From an uncultured Verrucomicrobiales bacterium (GTDB lineage: Bacteria > Verrucomicrobiota > Verrucomicrobiia > Limisphaerales > UBA1100): 58,800 bases of DNA. A program made the position numbers and the translations under genes. The notes beneath the pieces are model-generated. The model was given only the letters and a program-made list of their open reading frames with translations, made no database searches and was not told the origin of the DNA. The stretch is from the NCBI GenBank assembly GCA_964013675.1, contig CAXGXE010000003.1, forward strand, positions 1-58,800, in the 5' to 3' direction. Positions 21,242 to 28,268 of this stretch are shown here, in pieces. Every line of letters begins with the position of its first letter. Positions within the stretch are counted from its first letter, which is position 1.

Positions 21242-21262
21242 AGTTACCACCAATTACCACTG

Positions 21263-21291
21263 AAACCCCGCAGTTAAACCGTGGGTTTTTT
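21263..21291 (+). terminator. Probable intrinsic terminator
   Basis: Imperfect AAACCC...GGGTTT stem followed by T tract after the DUF1501 stop. Confidence 0.55.
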
Positions 21292-21314
21292 GCGCCCTGC
21301 CCGCCTTTTTATTT

Positions 21315-21368
21315 ATTGAGAATTAATCTCAAAAACATGTTGACATGCAATTGAGACTCAGTTTCAAT
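21315..21368 (+). promoter_or_regulatory. Sigma-70-type promoter with two Fur-box-like palindromes
   Basis: ATTGAGAATTAATCTCAAA (21315-21333) and ATTGAGACTCAGTTTCAAT (21350-21368) flank a perfect TTGACA (21340-21345). Confidence 0.7.
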
Positions 21369-21430
21369 AAGGCCTTCCGCGACCGGTGCGTTTGTTTCCT
21401 AGCCGGTCAAGGGTTGTTAAAAAGCAGTAA

Positions 21431-21521
21431 TTAGTAATTTCTGCTGCGGCTCCGCTGCAGAAAAACCCCGGAGGCCTGGCCGTAGGTTGGTGCACTCCCG
21501 AAAGTAAAAGGTCTCCGGGGT
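21431..21521 (+). ncRNA. Two-hairpin structured RNA element, copy 1
   Basis: TTTCTGC...GCTCCG...GCAGAAA hairpin then ACCCCGGAGGCCT/AGGTCTCCGGGGT stem; homologous to 22783-22875. Confidence 0.5.
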
Positions 21522-21767
21522 ATTTTAGATTTAAAAATTAATAAAAGTTTAAGAGCGTTGTTTATTGAGAAAAAAGATTTTTAGAAAAACATAGATTTCA
21601 GCCCGCCTGTTAGTTCGCTGCAGTGGACTTAATCCGGCTTGAGGCACACGCGGCCTCTGGGAATGAAAGCAGCAGGCACTCTTACAGAGCTGTCTGGGAG
21701 GCAAAAAAGGCAGAGTACCTAAACGAAAAAAACGGAGCAAAAACAAACCAAACACCAAATAATAATA

Positions 21768-22760
21768 ATGAAAACAACAAATAATAAGGGGTTTACCCTA
21801 ATTGAGTTGCTGGTTGTTATTGCCATCATAGGCATTCTGGCCAGTATGTTACTGCCGACTCTAGCGAAAGCTAAGAAAAAGGCAAATCGAGTAAAATGCG
21901 CAGCAAATGTGGGAGGCATGGGTAAAGCATGGACGGGTGTCGCTACCGACAACGCCGATAACTTCCCTTGGACCATGACCACTGAAAACGCAAATGCTTA
22001 TTGGGACGTCAACAATTTGGAAGTTGGGGCTCCGGGCATGTTTTCCCATGGGAAAATGAATTCCGTATTCTATGGTGCGTTATATACCGCACCCGGTTTT
22101 CGTGATGACATCGCCACAAAGCAGGTTAGCTCACCATCGGACCCTAAAACAAGGAGGGGTAATCAAACCGATGAAAATGAAGGAAAACTCCCATCGGCTT
22201 CGGGGAATATCGGAGGTACGATGGCAAGGAGTGGTTACTATAGCGTCTCACGGGAAGCGGCTAGTTATGGCTTCCACATGGGGGCAGATGCGGCGAAACC
22301 AAGCATCCTTATGGTAACAAAAAATGTAATGGGTGATAGCCTAGCTTACATGCAGGGCGTATCTGGAGTGACTCACTTCAATGATCCATGTTCAACTCGT
22401 TCGCCGGAATATGTTCCCGGAGGTAAATGGTTAGATCCAGCTCGCACTGGTCAGCCCTTGATCTCAAGGGGTCGGCAAATGTCTGACATCCCTCTCAACT
22501 CCTTCGTTGGGCCCAATACCAAGGATATATATGCAAATGCCAAGCATGTTTACTACTACCAGCCGCGTGAAGTGACCGATAGCCAAAATGGTATTGCAAT
22601 GGCCGGCCTAGATGATGGCCAAGGGCAGGTGGTAATGAGTGATGGAAGTACAAAGCAATCTACTTCCACCGACTTCGGAGCAGCATTGCAGGAGCACGAA
22701 GAGGCCACAGGCGGTAATGTATTCGGCAAAAACCAACATATAACAGTGCCAGTATTCTAG
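21768..22760 (+). CDS. Prepilin-type N-terminal cleavage/methylation protein (pilin-like paralogue)
   Basis: KG|[22 protein letters not shown]; PW, SPSDP, SY..GAD, GLDDGQGQVVMSDGS. Confidence 0.92.
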   Translation: MKTTNNKGFTLIELLVVIAIIGILASMLLPTLAKAKKKANRVKCAANVGGMGKAWTGVATDNADNFPWTMTTENANAYWDVNNLEVGAPGMFSHGKMNSVFYGALYTAPGFRDDIATKQVSSPSDPKTRRGNQTDENEGKLPSASGNIGGTMARSGYYSVSREAASYGFHMGADAAKPSILMVTKNVMGDSLAYMQGVSGVTHFNDPCSTRSPEYVPGGKWLDPARTGQPLISRGRQMSDIPLNSFVGPNTKDIYANAKHVYYYQPREVTDSQNGIAMAGLDDGQGQVVMSDGSTKQSTSTDFGAALQEHEEATGGNVFGKNQHITVPVF

Positions 22761-22782
22761 AGAACAATATGCAAGGAGCGGA

Positions 22783-22875
22783 TTAGTTTTCTGCTACACG
22801 CTCCGTATGCAGAAAAACTCTCCTAGGGGTTCAAAAATTGGCATGAATGCTTGCCGGTTGAGGGCCCCTAGGGGA
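22783..22875 (+). ncRNA. Two-hairpin structured RNA element, copy 2
   Basis: TTTTCTGC...GCTCCG...GCAGAAAA then TCTCCTAGGGGTTC/GGGCCCCTAGGGGA stem. Confidence 0.5.
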
Positions 22876-22896
22876 ACCACCTAAAAGAACAAGCAC

Positions 22897-23079
22897 ATGA
22901 AAAATTGTATAAAAATAATCTTACTCTCAGCATGCAGTTTACACATTATTGGATGTGGGAAAACTGAAGTAGATGAAGGGACTCCGATAGAAGATCGGAC
23001 GGCTGACGTGGAGAGGGAGACTACTCCGCCAACCCCCGAAGAACTAGAGGCCATGAAGAATGGGCCTCAATCAGAGTAA
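22897..23079 (+). CDS. Small acidic lipoprotein (60 aa)
   Basis: Lipobox IIGC; E/D/P/T-rich tail. Confidence 0.75.
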   Translation: MKNCIKIILLSACSLHIIGCGKTEVDEGTPIEDRTADVERETTPPTPEELEAMKNGPQSE

Positions 23080-23120
23080 AGGTTGAATCAGTAATCAGTT
23101 TCGTTAATCTGTAGCTGCAT

Positions 23121-25307
23121 ATGCGTTTGACTAGCAAAAAAATCCTTGGCGCTTTGGCCCTCACACTTGTGTGGGGAGCCATCGCTGAGGAATCAAAAAA
23201 ACCTTCAGAGACACAAATTTGGGATCAGGCTTTTCCTGACGCGACTGCAAGTTTAGGGGCCTGTGTGGTTGATGATTATTTATACGTTCATGGCGGACAC
23301 ACCGGTGCCACCCATCAGTATTCAACGGATAACCACTCGCAAAACTTCTTACGGATGGATTTAGGCAGGGCTGGGGCCAAGTGGGAGAAACTGCCTCTGA
23401 ATACTCTAGCCCAAGGGTTTGGGATGGTGGCCCACGAAGGGCTCATATATCAGATAGGTGGATCGCAAGCCACCAACGAAAAAGATGAGCCCTCAAACCT
23501 GCGCTCTATAGCAGAATGTGCGGCTTTCAACCCAAAGACAAAAAAATGGTCGAAGTTCACGCCGCTACCGGAGCCGAGATCTTCTCATGATGTCGCTATC
23601 AGCGACGGAAAGATTTACGTCACTGGGGGCTGGAACATGGGGAATGGAAAAGCAAGGGATCAACAGTGGTATCGTCACGGGTTGGTGGCTGATCTTTCCC
23701 GTTCGCCCATTAAGTGGGAGAAGTTGCCGGAAACAGAGCAGGTGGTGCGTGCACACGCGACAGAGGTTTTCGGAGGGAAACTGTATGTTGCTGGGGGGAT
23801 CAATGGTACTGGGACATTAAATACAATTCGGGTTTTGGATCTCGAGAGTGGCAAATGGACTGATGGGCCATTGTTTCCCGGGCAAGGTCGTATGAAGGCA
23901 TTTGGCATGACGTTATGTGTGTGGAATGATCGGCTTTATGCTAGCGCATATAGCAGTACGGTGCGGCGTTTGTCCGCAGATGGATCTACGTGGGAAGACG
24001 CTGGTATTCGCCTCCAGACTCGGCGGTTTTTTCATCGCATGGTACCTGCAACTAGGGATCGATTATTGTTTATTGCCGGCGCCAATTTTGAAACGCATTT
24101 AGATTCGATTGAGGAGTTCCGCGCGCAACCCTTACAGACAATCAATAGTTGGCCGGGATTTCGCGGGGATGGCACCAGTCATTCTAAGGCACGAGAGTTG
24201 CCCATAACGTGGTCGGACTCCAAGAATGTTGCTTGGCGGATTGAGTTGCCAGGCTACGGTCAGTCCAGTCCGGTCATCTGGAATCAGCAGATTTACACTA
24301 CATCCACAAAGGGAGATCACAGTGAGACAATTACTGTTTCCGCCTGTTCTTTATCTGACGGGAAAGAAATTTGGCGGCAGTCCTTTGAATCTAGTGAGCC
24401 AGTTGAGCGCAGTCGGATGGTGAGTCAGGCCGCGCCTACGCCGGTGGCCGATGCTGCGGGCATCTATGTATTCTTTGAAAGTGGCGATCTGCTTGCTCTG
24501 GACCATAAGGGGAAAAAGCGGTGGCAGAGAAATTTGGCTAAGGACTACGGACCTCTAACCGGGCATCACGGCCTAGGTTCTTCACTATGTCAGCAGCCCG
24601 ATCGACTGGTGTTATTGCTAGACCATCCGGACCCTTCCTACCTTTTATGCTTTGATAAGCAAACAGGTAAAACGGTTTGGGAAGTTAAACGAGATAAACG
24701 CGTTTCTTGGGCAACGCCTATTTTGACCGATAAAGGTCTTTTCATTAGTTCAAATGGTATTTTAGAGGAAGTCGATTTGGAAACAGGTCAGCAGCGCTGG
24801 TTTGTTGATGAATTGACAGGTAATACGGTGGCTTCCGCGACGGTATTGGATGATTATGTCTACGTTGGTTCTTCGGCTAAAGGTCATAGTATAGCCGTTA
24901 AGCGTGGCGGTAAGGGGAATGTGACTGACTCTCACGTGATTTGGAAGGCGGCGGATGCAACCTCAAGCTTCGGCTCTCCGCTCGTTTATCGCAAATGGGT
25001 TTATTATGTAAGCAAGGCGGGAGTTCTTAGTTGTGTGGATCGAAGTAACGGGGCGACTTTGTGGGATCGAAGAATACCTGATTCAACTTGGGCTTCATCG
25101 GTGGTTGCCAATGAAAAATTGTACTTCTTCTGCAAGGACGGTAACACGCTCGTCCTGAAAGCTGACGGGAGTCAAACGGTGGTGGCCGAAAACAATTTAA
25201 CGGTAGAGGGCACCCTATACGGTGTGGCATTGGTAGATCATTGTATTGTTGCTCGCTCAGGTCGGGAACTGATTTGTATACATCAAAAAACAAAGCATAA
25301 AAATTAG
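23121..25307 (+). CDS. Secreted Kelch-repeat plus PQQ-like (BamB-type) beta-propeller protein
   Basis: LYVHGG/IYQIGG/IYVTGG/LYVAGG Kelch repeats; WPGFRG...LPGYGQSSP propeller start. Confidence 0.85.
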   Translation: MRLTSKKILGALALTLVWGAIAEESKKPSETQIWDQAFPDATASLGACVVDDYLYVHGGHTGATHQYSTDNHSQNFLRMDLGRAGAKWEKLPLNTLAQGFGMVAHEGLIYQIGGSQATNEKDEPSNLRSIAECAAFNPKTKKWSKFTPLPEPRSSHDVAISDGKIYVTGGWNMGNGKARDQQWYRHGLVADLSRSPIKWEKLPETEQVVRAHATEVFGGKLYVAGGINGTGTLNTIRVLDLESGKWTDGPLFPGQGRMKAFGMTLCVWNDRLYASAYSSTVRRLSADGSTWEDAGIRLQTRRFFHRMVPATRDRLLFIAGANFETHLDSIEEFRAQPLQTINSWPGFRGDGTSHSKARELPITWSDSKNVAWRIELPGYGQSSPVIWNQQIYTTSTKGDHSETITVSACSLSDGKEIWRQSFESSEPVERSRMVSQAAPTPVADAAGIYVFFESGDLLALDHKGKKRWQRNLAKDYGPLTGHHGLGSSLCQQPDRLVLLLDHPDPSYLLCFDKQTGKTVWEVKRDKRVSWATPILTDKGLFISSNGILEEVDLETGQQRWFVDELTGNTVASATVLDDYVYVGSSAKGHSIAVKRGGKGNVTDSHVIWKAADATSSFGSPLVYRKWVYYVSKAGVLSCVDRSNGATLWDRRIPDSTWASSVVANEKLYFFCKDGNTLVLKADGSQTVVAENNLTVEGTLYGVALVDHCIVARSGRELICIHQKTKHKN

Positions 25308-25375
25308 GGATTAAAGATGTCAAAGAATGTTAGTGGTAAAACCGCATGCAAAAAAAAGAAACGGAGTAACACAGA

Positions 25376-26245
25376 ATGATAGCCGAATCGGCCGATGCAA
25401 ATTATCTAAAACTAGGTATAAGGCCCGAGAATCTTCGAATCAAGGCTGGCTGTGAGGTTCGGGTTGAATTGTCAGTGACAGAGGAAGAAATCGTAGAGTT
25501 TTTATCCGAGGTCGGTGAAGTTTGGATTCGTTCATTTTCAAATGGCGCGGGAATAAACCGGTTGGTTGTCTTTCCAGATGAAGGAAGCGATTGGAGGCAC
25601 ACTGGTGTGATTACTGAAACTGCGGGTTTGTTATTCGAACCAAGTCAATGGCGTAATGTGTGGGCCGTTCAACGTAATGACACATCCGGCTCAAAATCAT
25701 TCTTTTTGGATGTGGCAGGGCGAGAGGGTTTGGTCCAACAATTTGAGCTAACACCTCGATCAAAGTTTGAAGCATTTCAGAATCTTGTTACACAATATCA
25801 AACGGATGGGAACCTAAGGGCGAGCGGAGAGAGCACATCTGGGGGCGGATTTCTTGAATTCATCGAGGAACGCTGGCGCAAAACACTCTCCCCTGGAAAC
25901 GGCGCGCGGCGTGTCGACCGCACTGCGGTCCCCGATTTTATATTACAGCTTGTGCGAGCCAATGCGGCATTCCGAATTACGATTCTTAACTCGGCAGTCA
26001 AGCAAACGGCGAATGTCCGGATTAGTAAATGCCGCGTACTGGGTTCAGAGATCATGTTGGAGGACGCAGATTTTTTATTTGAATGGGATAATGCCTGTGT
26101 TGACGAGGCTTGGATGGTCCAGTGTGGTTGCAATTGTGGGGATGAAATATTGGAACTCTATGATCCGCATAAACGATTAGTTGCTTCGATGGCCCTCCAA
26201 GGTCTGCCCCCCTCCATCTCACATTTATTACCTGCGTTAAATTAG
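25376..26245 (+). CDS. Divergent HemS/ChuS-like heme utilization domain protein
   Basis: Two tandem repeats resembling HemS: LSEVGEV...WRNVWAV...SFFLD and ARRVD...VDEAWMV...LELYD..RLVA. Confidence 0.55.
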   Translation: MIAESADANYLKLGIRPENLRIKAGCEVRVELSVTEEEIVEFLSEVGEVWIRSFSNGAGINRLVVFPDEGSDWRHTGVITETAGLLFEPSQWRNVWAVQRNDTSGSKSFFLDVAGREGLVQQFELTPRSKFEAFQNLVTQYQTDGNLRASGESTSGGGFLEFIEERWRKTLSPGNGARRVDRTAVPDFILQLVRANAAFRITILNSAVKQTANVRISKCRVLGSEIMLEDADFLFEWDNACVDEAWMVQCGCNCGDEILELYDPHKRLVASMALQGLPPSISHLLPALN

Positions 26246-26247
26246 AC

Positions 26248-26556
26248 ATGCATCACTACGAACCGAATTCTAGAGACACTATCTTCAGTTGCCCTGGAGA
26301 ATATGGCCAAGAGGTGTATCTATGTGGTGAATTTATCCCAGACTCCGAACGACTGCCTATGGAATGGCAGAACGGAAAATGGCAGGTCCGTGTGGCCTTG
26401 CCGGCAGGCATGTATGCATACCAGTTTGAAATTGATGGGCAACGGACGCGGGACAAAACAGTGCAGGGTACAGTTAACCCGGTCCATTCTCGATCTCGTC
26501 GTGGGGGTTGGAGCTTGGCTGTGGTACCTAATTGGTTGCGCCCAGCTGTAGTGTAG
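26248..26556 (+). CDS. CBM48/AMPK-beta-like glycogen-binding domain protein
   Basis: EVYLCGEF...PM...GKWQVRVALPAGMYAYQFEIDG. Confidence 0.7.
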   Translation: MHHYEPNSRDTIFSCPGEYGQEVYLCGEFIPDSERLPMEWQNGKWQVRVALPAGMYAYQFEIDGQRTRDKTVQGTVNPVHSRSRRGGWSLAVVPNWLRPAVV

Positions 26557-26836
26557 CGAATTCATTTTACTTGGCTAAGCTACCCTGGTTGCTTCAAATC
26601 GCGGCGTGATTCTGCTGCATTTGCAAACCTCTTTTCACCTGCACGGCACCGATGCCGCTTGGCTGGTGGTCGGGGCGGCGGCAGTGGCGTTGAGCTTCTG
26701 GCTTGCGCGGCGGGCGCGTTAGGCATCGGTTCTTCCAATTTTCGCCGAAGTTTGGCATAAACCCGGTTACGATTTTGCCGATTAATAAATATTTGAAACT
26801 CTTTGGCGTATTTTGCGTCTTTTAGTACCACACAAC

Positions 26837-28252
26837 ATGAACCCGCTTGAACATCAACCGCAGCCGCAGGATTTCTTCCAGACACGGCGTCAATTTCTGA
26901 ACCGCCTAGGCATGGGCATGGGTACCGTGGGACTGGCCACGGTGTTGCCGAATCTGGCCGCCGCGCCGCCCCCGAGTGCCGCCCTGCAGGCCGCCGCCAT
27001 GGCCAACCCGATGCGGGCCCGCAAACCGCAGTTTGCCGCCAAAGCCAAGCGGGTGATTCATATCTTCTCGCAGGGCGCGCCGTCCCATCTGGACACGTGG
27101 GATCACAAACCCGCGTTGGCCAAGCACGCGGATCAAAATGTGAAAGCGATTGGCGGAGTGCCGTTGCCCGCGCAATTCGGATTCAAGAAAATGGGCCAGA
27201 GCGGCACGCCAGTGAGCGAGGTGTTCGATCAGATCGGCCAGCACGTGGATGACATCGCCGTGATCAACTCCATGCACACCAACATTCCGTCTCATGAATT
27301 TGCTACGGTCATGATGAACACCGGCGCCGGCCGCATGGTGAAACCCTCAATGGGGTCGTGGATGTTGTACGGCCTCGGCACGGAAAACCAAAACCTGCCC
27401 GGCTATATCGTGCTGGGCAGCGGTCTTGGTGGCGCCAAGAACTGGCGTAGTGCCTTCCTGCCGGGGGCCTTCCAGGGAGCCCTTATCCCGCGCGCGGAAG
27501 CCAACGTGGAGCGGACTATCGCCAACATTAAGAATTACAGCTACAACCTCAAGGAACAGCGCGAGCAACTGGACCTGCTCAAGACGCTGAACCAGCAACA
27601 TCAGGCGAAGCTGCAGGAGGAAGCCGATCTTGAGGCGCGCATCCAGTCCTTTGAACTGGCCTTCAAAATGCAGACCGCGGCCACTGATGCCTTTGATTTT
27701 ACCAAGGAAAACAAGGTCACCCGTAATGCCTACGGCGATAGCGAAACCGGCCGTCGCATGCTCACCGCCCGTCGGCTCGTGGAGCGCGGGGTCCGGTTTG
27801 TGCAGGTTTGGCACAACGGCTGGGACCATCACACTGCCCTCAAGGAAAACCTGACCACCCGCGCCAACGAAGCTAACCAGCCCATCGCCGCGCTGCTCGC
27901 TGACCTCAAGGAACGCGGTATGCTCGAGGATACACTGGTGATTTGGGGTGGCGAATTCGGCCGTACCCCGCGTCATGACCGCGGCGGCCGCGGCGAACCG
28001 GGTCGCGATCACCATCATCACGGATTCTCCATGTGGATGGCCGGCGGCGGCGTGAAGGGCGGCATCGTCCACGGGGCCACCGATGAATTTGGCTACAAGG
28101 CCGTTCAGGACAAGGTGCACGTGCATGACCTGCACGCCACGATTCTGAAACTGATGGGCTTCGATCACGAGAAGCTCACCTACCGTTATCAGGGCCGCGA
28201 CTTCCGTCTCACCGATGTGTACGGGGATGTGGTCGAGAAACTGATCGCTTAA
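26837..28252 (+). CDS. DUF1501 domain protein
   Basis: TRRQFL, AKAKRVI, GAPSHLDTWD, WDHH, GEFGRTP, GRDFRLTDV. Confidence 0.92.
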   Translation: MNPLEHQPQPQDFFQTRRQFLNRLGMGMGTVGLATVLPNLAAAPPPSAALQAAAMANPMRARKPQFAAKAKRVIHIFSQGAPSHLDTWDHKPALAKHADQNVKAIGGVPLPAQFGFKKMGQSGTPVSEVFDQIGQHVDDIAVINSMHTNIPSHEFATVMMNTGAGRMVKPSMGSWMLYGLGTENQNLPGYIVLGSGLGGAKNWRSAFLPGAFQGALIPRAEANVERTIANIKNYSYNLKEQREQLDLLKTLNQQHQAKLQEEADLEARIQSFELAFKMQTAATDAFDFTKENKVTRNAYGDSETGRRMLTARRLVERGVRFVQVWHNGWDHHTALKENLTTRANEANQPIAALLADLKERGMLEDTLVIWGGEFGRTPRHDRGGRGEPGRDHHHHGFSMWMAGGGVKGGIVHGATDEFGYKAVQDKVHVHDLHATILKLMGFDHEKLTYRYQGRDFRLTDVYGDVVEKLIA

Positions 28253-28268
28253 CCTACCTTCATTTCTT

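Noticed and set aside
22838-22855. Sigma-54 promoter before lipoprotein 22897 (TTGGCATGAATGCTTGCC)
   Set aside because: GG-to-GC spacing is not 10 nt, and the sequence lies inside a hairpin
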